DNA from: Octopus bimaculoides
Taxonomy: Eukaryota
NCBI RefSeq assembly: GCF_001194135.2
Contig: NC_068982.1
Coordinates: 144,593,632-144,657,631, forward strand
DNA: 64,000 nucleotides
Direction of reading: 5' to 3'
How positions within the stretch are numbered: position 1 is the first letter of the stretch; each line of letters opens with the position of its first letter. The position numbers and the translations under genes are program-made. Positions 1 to 13,126 of this stretch are shown piece after piece. The notes below the pieces were generated by a model. It saw only the letters and a program-made list of their open reading frames with translations, made no database searches and had not been told where the DNA came from.

Positions 1-286
1 GTAGGATTTTCGAGCGAGATCGTTGCCAGTGCCCCTGGACTGGCTTGTGCGGGTGGCACATAAAAGACACCATTTCGAGCGTGGCCGTTTTCGTGCGGGT
101 GACACGTAAAAGCACCCACTACACTCTCTGAGTGGTTGGCGTTAGGAAGGGCATCCAGCTGTAGAAACTCTGCCAAATCAGACTGGAGCCTGGTGTTGCC
201 ATCCGGTTTCACCAGTCCTCAGTCAAATCGTCCAACCCATGCTAGCATGGAAAGCGGACGTTAAACGATGATGATGATGATGATGA
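1..286 (+). mobile_element. RTE-clade LINE 3'UTR/tail copy (about 66-nt hairpin units, conserved GGAAGGGCATCCAGCTGTAGAAAC tail, (GAT)n)
   Basis: Near-identical tail recurs many times in the window and is contiguous with RTE coding sequence at 2485-3075 and 10266-11852. Confidence 0.85.
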
Positions 287-2149
287 CTTTGATTAACTGC
301 ATTGCTTTTTGTTGAGATCAAGTAAAATAAACTTTTAGTTCAAAATCGGACATTTCTTAATGACTTGATATTATTAAAATAGAAGGACCAACCATACCAC
401 ACATTGTAACTATTATCAAACAGATACAATAAATAGTTTTCTTTCTGTGGAGGACATGTAGCATCTATAGTTTCCATTTGATAGTGTGGAGAAAAATAGA
501 AATGTAGTTAAGATAAGATGATTAATTTTATTTAAAAAGATGAAGTTAGAGATTAGTATAAGTGTATGGCTAAGTATTGAGGTGACAGTGTTCAAGAGAT
601 GATAGCCTATTGTATTTAGTGTGATCTAAGAAAAGAAATATTATAAAGAAGTTTATAAAAAATACAAAGACATACAGCAGATCACAGATTTTGCCAAGAA
701 AATGGATGGATGGATGGAACTAGTCAATAAGGAATAATGGTGTACGTGGATTACAGTAGAATAAGTAGAGATAGGAGGTAAATGGCATATTTATACAATA
801 CTGATTGACAAAACTCTCCCTGCCAATATCCAAAATATTGATATGAAAATACCAAGTTTTAGTCCCTCCCCTATTACATGCCAATAGATACCTCAATTTA
901 GAATGTTTTCAAGCAGTCTCAGCTTAGGTACTTTGATATTACTCAGCACATTGTGAGAATTTTCATGGTGCAAGGATCAAATTCTCAGTCTTTTTATTCA
1001 AATTATATAATCTTACCCATTATAAAATTCATTTGATTAATTGGTTAAACTACTGGCAATGAAATCAACTCAGTAATGACATTAATTACATTAGCAGGTT
1101 TATTTAACAAAGAAAATAAGTTGGGCTAAAACTGAAGATAATTATCAATGTATTAGAATTGTAACATATGAAAGATGATTGATAATGCCATACAATCTCA
1201 CCTATCTTGGTTATATGCTAACAGGAAAGCTAAATATTTTGCATTTAAGTCAATTTAAGATGTTTTAACAAGAAATCTATTCCATCCATCACAACAGAAT
1301 TATTCAAAAATATGTCAATAAAATTATTTTGTTTGTCAGTTCATTGGATACATCTGCAAAATTTATCATTTATAATTTACATGAATTGTTGGCATTGTTA
1401 CTTTTATTATTGGGTCGCTTTTTTTAATTGAATCTCACAGCTGTTAATTAGAAATGGTGCACAATTTCAATCAAGATGACTAATGTAATGAATACTGTGA
1501 CAAAGTAAACTTGAAAGAAATAGAAAGTCTGCACGGTCACAACAGAAGTTTCTGTATTTGCGTTAATAAGTGAGTCATTGATCCTGCCATTCACACCCAT
1601 ACTGTCAATCGCCTAGTAACAAAAACATGGGCACAGAAACTTCAGACTTTTAAGAACCAGGTAATATAATCATGTGATATGAGCATGATGCTCATTTAGT
1701 TTAAACTGATGTTCTATAGTAATCAAGAAAACACACATCTAAAATAAGAGCTGCCTACTTTGAAGACAGTGAGATTATGAAAGCTACAAGAAATCTCAGC
1801 TACATGGAACTGACTGGCTGATCTAGTCTAGCTGACTGAATGCCAGTTAGCATAATTTAAGTAATTTCTCATCTCTTCTAATACACTTCCCTTGTTCTAA
1901 TACATCCTGAATTATGGAATTGAACTGTAAGGTGTATTACCATGTATGAATTCCCAATGCTTTCTGAATCTATTAAACTTTGAATACAATTGTAAATGCA
2001 CATTATTGATTGTTCATAACATATGTATGGAGCAAAGTTCCATCCTTTGTCAGTAAAATTAAGTAAAGTTTGGAAAATGAAATGAAACTTTCTTTTGTAT
2101 TTACTGCAATGTAGACTTCTTTCTAGCATGCAACATATTTTTACAATAA

Positions 2150-2480
2150 TAATATATAATAATGAAATTATTGTGTATAGTGCTCAGGTGCACTACAACT
2201 CATCAAAGGTGCATGTACAGTACATAGAATTATGTACAAAAGTCAGGAAAGTGAATAGTGTATGAGTCATGATATACATGTGTGCATGTGTATGGAGGGA
2301 GGGCATATCAAGTGTAGTGTTGGTGAATTTCAGGAAGCATGGAGGTTTTAAAGGATGCAATGTCTCAGCAACTAAAAACTGCTGCAGGTAGTTTGTTCCA
2401 TGCTTCAGTAACTCTGAGTGAAAAAATGTTTCCGAAAGTCATGGGAGCTGTGTTGTTTTCTGACTTTGTAGGCATGCCAA
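2150..2480 (-). mobile_element. CR1-type LINE 3' end fragment
   Basis: Minus frame FSLRVTEAWNKLPAAVFSC*DIASFKTSML matches the CR1 ORF2 C-terminal motif (RVV..WN.LP...FK). Confidence 0.65.
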
Positions 2481-2484
2481 CATA

Positions 2485-3075
2485 GTGGGTACTTTTTACA
2501 TGCCACCGGCACAGGAGCCAGTCAGGCGACCCTGGAATCAATCACATAGTGTAGTGGGTGCTTTTTACGTGTCACCAGCATGGGAGCCAGTCAGGGGTCA
2601 CTGGCATCGGACACATTCAGATGATGCATATTACATGCCACCAGAATGGGAGCCACTCAGGGGGCACTGGCCACAGCAACAATATTGTTTTTACTTGACT
2701 CAACAGGTCTTCTCAAGCATATCATATTGTCCGATGCATCAAGGGTACTTTTAAATGGGCCGGACTTTTAAATGCAACACTGGCATCAGCCATGGCTGCG
2801 ATCTCACTTTAGTTGCCGGGTCTTCTCAATCACAGCATATCTCTAAAAGTCTCGGTCTCCTGTAATTGCTTCTGAGGCCCAGTACTTGAAGGTCATGCTT
2901 CACCACCTCATTCCATGTCTTCCTGGATCTACCTCTTCCACAGGTTCCTTCTACAGTTAGGGTGTAGCACTTCCTCACACAGCTGTTTTCATCCATATGT
3001 AACACATGACCATACCAGCGCGATTGTCTCTCTTAGACACCATATTTAATGCTTCGTAAAAGGAGAAGGGGTATA
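2485..3075 (-). mobile_element. RTE LINE ORF C-terminus plus 3'UTR hairpin units
   Basis: Degenerate RTE C-terminal motif (GRGRxRKTWNEVVKHDL) at about 2890-2950 is followed by the repeated units. Confidence 0.75.
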
Positions 3076-3149
3076 GCTTTTGCATTCTCTTCCAACTAGA
3101 AATATTGCTGCAGCTAATGTTCATTTTAAAACATTTGTAGGTCTGTATC

Positions 3150-3560
3150 TGCAGGAAAAACAAGGCATGGGAATTCTAGAGAGATGCAGCTGTGAGGGGG
3201 CTGGATTCACTGAATGTTTAGTGCAGCCTTTGGGAAGTGAGACATGGCAAAAGGAGTGGGAGGATGAAGAGAGATGAGTGGATTGAATTAGGTTGGTTGA
3301 AGGATGTATACAGTTATCTGGATTAAAAGGAACAGAGACCACTGTAGTAATGACAGAAGAGACAGAGATAGAAAACAACTTGTGTAAACTAGTGGTTGCA
3401 GTGTGTTGGTGAGTGAATTTTGTGAATCAGTTGGTGAGCATTCTTTTGGAGATGATCTAAGATATCTATGAGAAGTACCATCCGAAATATCAGCAGTATT
3501 ACAATGTTAAGCTTCCTTGAGTTTTATAGAGTCAACAATTGGCTAAGACTGAAGTATTTT
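3150..3560 (-). mobile_element. Decayed CR1/L2-group LINE fragment
   Basis: Composition and a degenerate frame resembling the L2/CR1 ORF2 3' region; similar in character to 21420-21740. Confidence 0.35.
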
Positions 3561-3588
3561 CTGACATTTGTGATGTAATTTTGGCAAT

Positions 3589-3622
<34 letters not shown>

Positions 3623-3625
<3 letters not shown>

Positions 3626-3792
3626 TCATCATCATCGTTTAACGTCCGCTTTCCATGCTAGCATGGGTTGGACGATTTGACTGAGGACTGGTGAAACCCG
3701 ATGGCTACACCAGGCTCCAATCTGATTTGGCAGAGTTTCTACAGCTGGATGCTCTTCCTAACGCCAACCACTCCGAGAGTGTAGTGGGTGCT
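3623..3792 (-). mobile_element. RTE tail copy, 5'-truncated
   Basis: Reverse complement of the tail at 110-286, inserted in (TA)n. Confidence 0.85.
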
Positions 3793-4939
3793 ATATATAT
3801 ATATATATGAACATTCTTTAAGTTCATTTATGGGAAATGTTTTGAATATGCATTTAAAAGCTCCTACTTTATTATGCTTAATGATATCAACTAGCAATGA
3901 CATTTTGTTTTTTGAGTTGCACTGAGCTGTGCCGATATAATGTAAGATAAATATAGTAATAATAATAATAATACTAATCTATGGATGGAATTTATAATAT
4001 TGCCTGAAGAAATGAACACATGAATATGATCCACCTGATGTCCATGGATACTACGGATTACACAGTAATCATCCCAGGAATATGGATTATGATATTAAGA
4101 AACTTGTGATTGGTGGAAATGCATGTAGTGATGCATTAAAATATTTATAAATTCCATCAATGGATGCACCATCCGAGCGTGATCGCTGCCAGAGCAGCTG
4201 ACTAGCTTCCATGCTGGTGACATGTAAAAAGCACCATTTGAGAGTGATCGTTACTAGTGGCACTTGTGCTGGTGGCATGTGAAAAAAACATTCAAGCGAG
4301 TTTGAAGTCACTAGGGACTTGGACAGTTTGAGCTTCATAGGAAAAATAACAGAACTTTTCCATGACATTCAGCTCCACCAAGATAGATGAGGTCAGACTA
4401 AATCTTGTTTTTATCTTCTTTATTGAGTGGCCACCCTTGCTAAATGTGGATTCAAAGTATCTCAAGTTGTCCACTTACTCAAGAGGCGATATGTACCTAT
4501 AAACTAAATCTTTGGTTTTTAAGTACATGGGGGAATGTACAAAAATAGAATTACGTATCCTGAGAAAGTGAAACAAACATGTAATATTTAATATCATTAA
4601 AACAGATTCCTCTTTTTATCAATAAAAAAAATCAGTTTTTAAGTTATTATGCAAGCATTGTAGAATTGAAAACATTTCTCATAAAAAAAGAAAATTATAA
4701 GTATTTGATTGAACAAACAATTCCATAATAGCCTTCTGTAAAATTTCAAATATTTTGAAATAAGTTTTCAAATCGCAATTACTTTTCAAATATTTCTTCA
4801 ATAAGAATTGTTTTTTTTTTATAGCATAATACCTTCAAAGAATTAGGTCATTCAACAATTAAAAAAAAAATTGAAATCTGTAATAATGACTTTTAGTAAT
4901 TGTGTTTAAAGCATTTACTTATTCACAGGGCTTACTTGG

Positions 4940-5510
4940 GATACCTAATTCTAGTTTTGTACTTTTCCACATTGATTGCAAATCCTACAGAAATATGTAC
5001 CTAAAACCAAAGATCGCCCTTCAAGTTTTTATTTGTTCAACATGATGATTGCTATGTTCTGATTGTAGCTATTAATTAAAATTTTGAACTTTTCTGAACG
5101 AGTCCCTATTTCATATGCTTCTGATGCTCTTTCCAATCTAGTAACATATTACTGGGGTTCTACTTCACTGCATACCGTTAGGTCAGTATTGTCCGCAAAA
5201 CGCAAGTTGCAAATGAACTATCCTCTAATGACAACGTGGATATGGAAGTCATGAAGTGTCTCCTGCAGGATGTTTTCCATGGAGATGTTGAAAAACCGAG
5301 GAGAGGAGATAGCTCTGATGAAGTCATCAGTTACTGCCTTGAAGAAGTCACTGCTGTAATTATTCAGAACTATTGCACAACTTAAATTTTCGTATAGTGC
5401 TTGAATCATTTGGATGAGGTTGCTTTCGAAGCTGAGATCCCTCATCCCTTGTCCCAAACTCTCATGCTTAACATGATCAAAGGCTTTTGGTTATTATATA
5501 GATCCACAAT
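4940..5510 (-). mobile_element. RTE-like reverse transcriptase fragment (pseudogenised)
   Basis: KAFDHVKHESL...LIQMIQALY...SPRFFNISME...ICNLRFADNTDL (FADD motif variant) with stops. Confidence 0.8.
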
Positions 5511-6989
5511 AAGTTGATAAATAAAAAGGGAATAGATGAAAGATTGTTGTCAACTAAAATATGAATTGCAGACGAATATGCAAGTAAGCAAATGAAGATT
5601 TAATTTAATTTTCTAACCACAAACGAGGTGATGAAAGGGGAGTAGAGATAGCGTGAGACTTGTCTAAACTAGACTACGATAGAAAAAAGAATGAAAATAG
5701 CGATGTCTTCGAAGAGGATTTAACCACATATGAAGAATTCGAGACACGAGTTAACGATCCAGATGGATGTTTACACTGTACTGGAACACATTAAGAGCAA
5801 TAAGCTAATAATCACGAAGTGAAACCTGGAAATACTGAATGGAAGAATTTTCTCCAGTTTAAGATCTTGACCTTTATTCCTTAAGATATCAATTTTACAA
5901 ATTAATATATATGACAGTACCGATTTTTTTTAAAAATCAGTTCTTATTTAAATGAAAGTGAAATCAGAAAACATCCGTCGGAAGGGAGCGCATTTTCTCT
6001 TAAAATTATTTAACTGATCATAAATTTTTACAACGGGAAATGAGGCACCCCACTTACAATGCTGATTAACGGGATGAAGGAAGCATAATTGTACGATTTA
6101 TAATATAACACAAAATGCAGTGTTCAGCAGGTGAATTGATTTAGACAAAACTCATCTGATTGACTGATTTGCCACAAATAAATGTAATCATTAAATAAAA
6201 ACCATGAAATAAACAGCGAAAGATCTTGATGAAGTCAATGGACGGATTCAATCAATGTATATGACCTTGCTTCAAAACGAAAGATTATCGAAAACGTTTC
6301 TGTTGCATGTGATGTTAAGTAATTATATAAAATATAAATGTTAATAGGTTATTATATTGCTAAGAATTAAGATCACTTCCATTTCTTTTTAAACAGATGT
6401 AGTTCATTCACTTCACATGTATTTAATGAAACTCTTAAAATTAAATAGATCTGAGTTACAGTCCTAAAATTCTTTCGTCAGCTTCGTATACGATGTGTTT
6501 ATGTTTCATTTATTTATATATGTTAACATGTATCATGTTAAGGAGTTATTATACCGAGAGAAAGAATTCCATAATATATCGATCAGTTTGTTGCTATGGT
6601 TGACTTAAAGTGAAATTAATGGGTAAAAATTCTAAGATTATCTAATATGGCAGCATCAGCTGTGTAGAAAAATAAGCGATAGAAAGATTATGTTCATAAT
6701 TTCCTAGCATACTTAGTAATCAGGTGTAAAAGGTAGACTCTCCAAGAAGATTACTGAAGGAGGAAAGGAAATTCTCATTTAGTGAAAAAATGTACAAATC
6801 ACAAAATTAATTACATGAAATATACAGAAAAATTAATATTTACAAAATAAAAGAAATGATTTGAGAGTATACAGGTTTTTAAAAGGTTATTATCATGTAA
6901 AACAGGTTTTAAAAGGCAATATTATGTAAAATGAAACAGCAATTGAGAGAAAGAAAGAGGCAGGTTGGCATGGAAGACAGCTGGCTTAC

Positions 6990-7132
6990 CCTCGACGCTT
7001 AAACACATAAGGTATTACAGGATGTTTCACAGTTCTTTTGCATATTTCAGTCGATCCATTGTTGTTCTGTGAGTACAGAGATGTAATAGGCGTGACAACT
7101 TTCTTAGCAACATTAGAGGCTGTTTGACCCAT
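6990..7132 (-). CDS. TUSC2: TUSC2/FUS1 (tumor suppressor candidate 2) first coding exon; gene continues beyond the left edge
   Basis: Minus strand ATG at 7132 reads MGQTASNVAKKVVTPITSLYSQNNNGSTEICKRTVKHPVIPYVFKRR(G) and ends at a strong donor GG|GTAAGC. The MGxxxS myristoylation start and PYVFKRRG match the TUSC2 signature (human PPFVFTRRG, followed by SMFYDEDGDLAHEF). The DEDGDLAHEF exon was not found in 1-6989. Confidence 0.85.
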
Positions 7133-7270
7133 AACGAAAAAAACATTCGAGTACGGTCAATTTCATCGCACACCGAAAGACATTTTATGTAAAAATTTTT
7201 ACTTCATAATTATCTACCCCTTGTTACTGACTGGAGGGCGCTGCAACATCCGACTCATTATTGATGATGT
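7133..7270 (-). promoter_or_regulatory. Probable TUSC2 5'UTR/core promoter
   Basis: Non-repetitive, locally CpG-enriched stretch directly upstream of the TUSC2 ATG. Assigned by position only. Confidence 0.35.
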
Positions 7271-8249
7271 CATCTAACAGGAAAAAAATAGCATTATTTT
7301 CTCTTCTGTTTCTTCCTGAAAATAAAAAATGTTTCAACTAAAACAAAACCTGTTGTCATTTAATACTGTTAATTTATTCAGGGCTATAAATGTTATAGTT
7401 ATCTGCTTTTAAGTATTATTTTGAAGAAAACATTTTTATTGAAACAAGAATTTAGCTTAGGCAGAGTTCTGTCTTTGGAATCAACTTTTTTAATGAGGGT
7501 GGGGGGAAACAAATAAACAAACAAAAAATTACCAGTTTAATGTTTGATATTTGAGACAGTGGTAAATATTTGGTTTTAGTAATATCAGAACAGACCAAAG
7601 CCAATGAAATGCTGGGACTATATTGTAATGTCTGAACTGAAATACCAAAGAATTAATTGAATGTTAGGTTGGCTTAGGACCATGAAGTACTGCAAAATAA
7701 TGCTATTATAGAAAAATATATTGACGAAATAATAATAATTAACACTATAATTATTATTATCATTGAATGATAGAGCAGCACACGCCATCAAAGTGTTGTT
7801 GGGGTACAAATAAATATACAAAGTCCAGCATACTCACCATGACTACCTCTCTGATAAAGATACACCAGGTGCATGCTTCACAATCATATGTACACGACAT
7901 ACTGACCTCATATTAAGATAAACGGTGCATGACCTTGCAGGTGGGACCCAGTTAGAATTTTCTTTGGGTCAAGTAGCCTATTCCACTCAAAAGGCCCCGG
8001 AATAAAAGTTGTTTAAGGATGATGAACAAAATATCCATGTTTCCTGGGGTGAATTATTGAAGCCCTAAAAAATTCCTCTCAACACATGGTTATGGTGTTC
8101 CCCCACTATTCCTGCTCATGGTCAGAGATGCACATTATTGCCAGCCACTAAGGGACACGCTTAACTGGTTTTAAGTCAAGCAGGTGAATCTGTAGTATCA
8201 AGCAGAATATTTGTTGTTGTCCATCTTTTACAAAACATATACATGTTAA

Positions 8250-8690
8250 CACTTCCAAACCTGACAACTGTTCATGCTTCAAGAACCTTGCAGAAAACTC
8301 TTGCAGTTCTAAGCAATGATGATTTTTGCAGGTATTCTATCTTTACACTTGTCCTAATCTTTTTATCCACATTGGTAGCTGGGAAGTGATATTTCTAAGT
8401 GCACCAATCACTTTCTTCATTGCCCACAACCTGTGTATTTCCCATGTCAATTCTTAATAGTTGTTAACTTTCTCTTCATATTTCCCTTCAGTCCTGTTGT
8501 CATCAGAGCATGCTCTGTCAATTATCAAGCATGTTTTTTCTTTTCCATTCACCACAACAATGGCACATTTCCAATGTTTAATCTGATGATCACACTGAAT
8601 CATTGCACCCCACTGGATTTTGCAATTCTCATTCTCAGTAACTCCCTTTGGGATTTGGTCATACCATGTCTTTGATCTCTCTAGGTCATA
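8250..8690 (-). mobile_element. R4/Dong-type non-LTR retrotransposon, restriction-like endonuclease 3' fragment
   Basis: WYDQIPKGVTENENCKIQW..IQCDHQIK...IVVV..KEKTCLIID..C..D.R...KYEEK, then a frameshifted RLW...IGAL...LLRTARV..KVL. Confidence 0.8.
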
Positions 8691-9418
8691 ATTAGAAACC
8701 ATGCCAAAACAGACAAATAGAGCCTGGTACAGGCAAATAGAGCATCTGTTAAACCATCCAATTCATGCCAGCATGCAAAACAGACATTATACGATGACCA
8801 TATATGTATGTATATATGTGTAATGTGTATGTGTGTGTGTATAAGTTCAAATAAAGGTTGCAAACCTCATTAAGGGATAATAAAATCCAATGAATATACT
8901 GGTTTATTACCTATTACAATTAATATTCAACTGTAAGGTAACTGGATAAACCAGAGTTTATATATATTTTTAAGAAAAAAGAAATTAAAGAGATAATTAA
9001 ATTAATAATTATTTATTAATTATAAAATTGGACATCATCTCTGACAGCTGTTTTGAATCAAGACTTTAGAAATTAATTAGGACAATTAAAAACATTAAAG
9101 CTGAATCTCTCTCATCAGAATTGGCTAAAGATATACCGTTACATTATCATGTTCCAGTGTATTGAGTATACAGCTCCAAATTGTTAACTAATAAATGTTA
9201 TATAGAAAGAGCATCGTATGAACCCTACAAAGGGGAAGAAGGTAGTATATTTATTGAAGTTAATATAAAAATAAAGAATAGGGTATGGTATTAAAATGGT
9301 ATATCTCTCTAGAGTATTAAATAAAAGAAATTGTGAAGGTGGTTATAAGAATATAATAGAAGTAAGTTATAAATAGTTATTAATATTATGGATAAGCAGT
9401 ATTTAGAATTAATATAAT

Positions 9419-9460
9419 ACTAGCAGAGATACCCAGTGTTGCTTGGGATTAAAATGGCAT
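9419..9460 (-). mobile_element. Helitron-like 3' terminus
   Basis: Minus strand GCAACACTGGGTATCTCTGCTAG-T is nearly identical to the 3' end at 19855-19877. Confidence 0.45.
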
Positions 9461-9471
9461 AGTTTTTTATT

Positions 9472-9665
9472 GTTTATCTTGTTTCGGTCATGTGACTGCA
9501 GCCATGCTGGTGCTCTGCCTTTAGTTGAAGAAATCAACCCTAGGATTTATTCTTTGTAAGCTGAGTACTTATTCTATGGGTTTGTTTTGCCAAACAGTTA
9601 AGTTATGGGGATGTAAACACAGCAACATCGGTTGTCAAGTGATAGTGGGGGTACAAGCACAGACA
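9472..9665 (-). mobile_element. 3' half of tRNA-derived SINE family B (as 50721-51099)
   Basis: Shares the GACTGCAGCCATGCTGG...GCTGAGTACTTATTCTAT...CATCGGTTGTCAAG blocks. Confidence 0.75.
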
Positions 9666-9753
9666 CACACACATCCATCCATCTATACATACATACATAC
9701 ATACATATTCTGCTAGCGAAGACCTGTTGGGAAAAGTAAAATCGAAATCGCAA

Positions 9754-10243
9754 TTGAACCATATTTGATGACTGGCACCTGCACCAGTGGAGCACTAACA
9801 GCACTGTCCGAGCATGTTCATTGCCAGAGCAGCTGTCTGGCTTCCGTGCTAGTGGCCTGTAAATAGCACCATTTGAGCGTAATCATTACCAGTGTCGCCT
9901 TCTAGCACTTATGCTGGTGGCACGTTAGAAAATCATTCGAGTGAGGTCGTTGCCAGTGCCGCTGGACTAGCTCCGGTGCAGGTGGCACGTAAAAACACCC
10001 TTTTGAGCGTGGCCGTTGCCAGTACCACCTGACTGGCCTTCGTGCCGGTGGCACATAAAAGCACCCACTACACTCTCTGAGTGGTTGGTGTTAGGAAGGG
10101 CATCCAGCTGTAGAAACTCTGCCAAATCAGATTGGAGCCTGGTGTAGCCATCTGGTTTCACCAGTCCTCAGTCAAATCGTCCAACCCATGCTAGTATGGA
10201 AAGTGGACATTTAAACGACGACGACGACGATGATGATGATGAT
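9754..10243 (+). mobile_element. RTE 3'UTR copy with about 4 tandem 66-nt units
   Basis: Units GCCAGT-N8-ACTGGC...GTGC(C/A)GGTGGCAC...TAAAAGCACC, then the conserved tail and (GAC/GAT)n. Confidence 0.85.
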
Positions 10244-10265
10244 ATATATATATATTTTTTCCAGT

Positions 10266-11852
10266 TTTTCAGAGTTGGCACTGTAAATGTAGGCACATTG
10301 TAAGGTAGGTCTAGCGAGATTGTTGAGACATTTGAATGGAGATGTGTTGATGTATGTTGCGTACAAGGGGTAAGGTAGAGAGGAGCTTCTGCCAGAGTCC
10401 TCACAGGCAAAGCACATAAATATAAACTATTCTGGAAGGGTAATACTGATGGAATAGGGGATGTGGGTATACTTCTTGCAGAGAAATGGGTGGATAAGGT
10501 CATAGAGGTAGTGAGGGGGTGTATGATAGAGTACTTAAACTCAGGCTAGTCTTGCAAAATGATATAGCTGCAATTATCTCTGCATATGCCCCACAAGAGG
10601 GCCTACCAAATGAACAGAAGGATCACTTTTATGATAGTCTTCTGAAGGCTACCTCAAAGATGAGTGACAATGATCTTATCTTTGCGGCTTGAAATTTTAA
10701 TGGGCATGCCAGACAGAAACCTGGTATCTTCTGTGGTGTACATGGAGGCCATGAAGTTGGTACCAGAAATGAAGAGGGAACTAGGCTCATGGAGTTCTGC
10801 GATGCAAATAATCTATTGATCTGAAACACCAACTTCAGGAAGCTAGCTAGCCACCTGTTAACCTATAAATCAGGTGACTCTGCTAACCAGATTGATTTCA
10901 TTCTCACCAGACAGCAGGATGCATGGCTGCTCTTAAATATAAAGACCCTCCTTGGTGAAGAATGTACTCCGAAGCATAGACTAGCTATTAGTGACTTTAG
11001 ACTCAAGACCAGAAGGATGCGAAAAAGCAGACCAATCTGGAAAAGAAGGATTTGGAAGCTTCAGAACCCTTCACATGGTCAGAGATTTAGGTATGTCCTT
11101 ACTGAGAAATTTGACGAGAGGGAGGAGGAGTTACAGTCCTGTGACATAGAAAGCGGTTGGGAATTCCTGTGATACAGCTTGCTGAGCACCACAGACCAAA
11201 TCTGTGGCTTGTGCAAAGTCCCTTCCAGACCTAGTGTAACATGGTGGTGGAACAATATTGTGGACAGGGCCATTAGAGCAAAGAAACAGGCCTAGAAGAG
11301 TGGGGGGTAGCAGGGGACTGTATCAGATACCCAAAAGGGAAGCTAGAAGACAGGTATATATAGCCAAGGGAGTAGTAGAAAAGAAGAAGTTTGCCAATGT
11401 TCAGCGATGTGAGGACCAAAGAACTGAAGAATTTGGGATTGCAAGACAATGTGTGAGAGAAAACCATGATGTCATAGTAGAGAAATGTGTCCGCATGGAT
11501 GATGGTGCCCTTGCATTTAATGATTCTGCAAAGAAAGAGGCTTGGAGATGCCATTATGTGTTTGATACCAGTGTCCCCTGATTGGCTCCCATGCCGGTGG
11601 CACATAAAAATCATCATCTGAATGTAATCGATGACAGTGCCCCCTGACTGGTTCCTGTGCCAGTGGCACATAAAAAGCACCCATTAAATTCTCAGAGTGG
11701 TTGGCGTTAGGAAGGGCATACAGCTGTAGAAACATTGCCAGATGAGATTCGAGCCTCGTGCAGCTGCAGGCTCTCCAAACCTCAGTCAAACCGTCCAATC
11801 CATGCCAGCATGGAAAACATGTTAAACAATGATGATGACGATGATGATGATG
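10266..11852 (+). mobile_element. Internally deleted RTE LINE: AP endonuclease and linker, then 3'UTR/tail
   Basis: Frame RVGTVNVGTL...VDVCCVQ...IISAYAPQ...NFNGH...RNEEGTRLMEFC...NTNFRK...QIDFILTR...HRL with stops. It jumps to the 3'UTR units at about 11550 (RT missing). Confidence 0.88.
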
Positions 11853-11853
11853 A

Positions 11854-11886
<33 letters not shown>

Positions 11887-12582
11887 TAATAATTTAGAGA
11901 ATAACCTCCAAGATGCAATCCAAACAATGAAGGAGATCAGACACCATCAAGAAAAACGTACTCTTCAAAATACTGATTTTAAAATCTATAAAATCCCTAA
12001 GATTTTATTTTATTTGCNNNNNNNNNNNNNNNNNNNNNNNNNNNNNNNNNNNNNNNNNNNNNNNNNNNNNNNNNNNNNNNNNNNNNNNNNNNNNNNNNNN
12101 NNNNNNNNNNNNNNNNNNNNNNNNNNNNNNNNNNNNNNNNNNNNNNNNNNNNNNNNNNNNNNNNNNNNNNNNNNNNNNNNNNNNNNNNNNNNNNNNNNNN
12201 NNNNNNNNNNNNNNNNNNNNNNNNNNNNNNNNNNNNNNNNNNNNNNNNNNNNNNNNNNNNNNNNNNNNNNNNNNNNNNNNNNNNNNNNNNNNNNNNNNNN
12301 NNNNNNNNNNNNNNNNNNNNNNNNNNNNNNNNNNNNNNNNNNNNNNNNNNNNNNNNNNNNNNNNNNNNNNNNNNNNNNNNNNNNNNNNNNNNNNNNNNNN
12401 NNNNNNNNNNNNNNNNNNNNNNNNNNNNNNNNNNNNNNNNNNNNNNNNNNNNNNNNNNNNNNNNNNNNNNNNNNNNNNNNNNNNNNNNNNNNNNNNNNNN
12501 NNNNNNNNNNNNNNNNNNNNNNNNNNNNNNNNNNNNNNNNNNNNNNNNNNNNNNNNNNNNNATATATATATATATAATGTTA

Positions 12583-12978
12583 AAAACACATCTGAGTGTG
12601 AACGTTAAAAGCACATCCGAGCGTGATTATTGCCAGGGCCACGGATTGGCTCCCGTGCTGGTGACATGTGAGAAGCACCATTCAAGTGTGATCATTGCCA
12701 GCATCGCTTTACCAGCATATGTGCTGGTGGCATGTTAAAAGCAACATTCGAGCATGGTCGTTGCCAGAACCGCCTGACTGGCTTTTGTTGTGGTGGCATG
12801 TAAAAGCACCCACTACACTCTCGAGTGGCTGGTGTTAGGAAGGGCAACCAGCTGTAGAAACCTTACCAGATCAGATTAAGCCTGGTGCAGCCTCTAGCTC
12901 ACCAGTCCTCAGTCAAACCGTCCCACCCATGCTAGCATGGAAAGCAGATGTAAAATGATGATGGTGATGATGATGATG
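12583..12978 (+). mobile_element. RTE 3'UTR copy
   Basis: 3-4 units plus tail and (GAT)n between two gaps. Confidence 0.8.
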
Positions 12979-13126
12979 ATATATATATANNNNNNNNNNN
13001 NNNNNNNNNNNNNNNNNNNNNNNNNNNNNNNNNNNNNNNNNNNNNNNNNNNNNNNNNNNNNNNNNNNNNNNNNNNNNNNNNNNNNNNNNNNNNNNNNNNN
13101 NNNNNNNNNNNNTATATCTATACATA

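Noticed and set aside
4087-4474. ORFs 4292-4474 and 4087-4368 as TUSC2 exon 2 or 3
   Set aside because: No DEDGDLAHEF or HVDFPV motif in any minus frame; partly RTE repeat units.
5640-5875. Short acidic reading frame LDYDRKKNENSDVFEEDL...DPDGCLHCTG on the plus strand
   Set aside because: Bounded by stops, with no splice sites or recognisable family.
9039-9120. Minus-strand hammerhead (CTGATGA...AAAACAGCTGTC)
   Set aside because: The essential G of GAAA is mutated and stems I and II do not pair; at best a dead relative of 17229-17349.
9800-10060. CRISPR-like reading of the 66-nt hairpin array
   Set aside because: No unique spacers, units are wholly homologous, no cas genes, eukaryotic LINE 3'UTR context.
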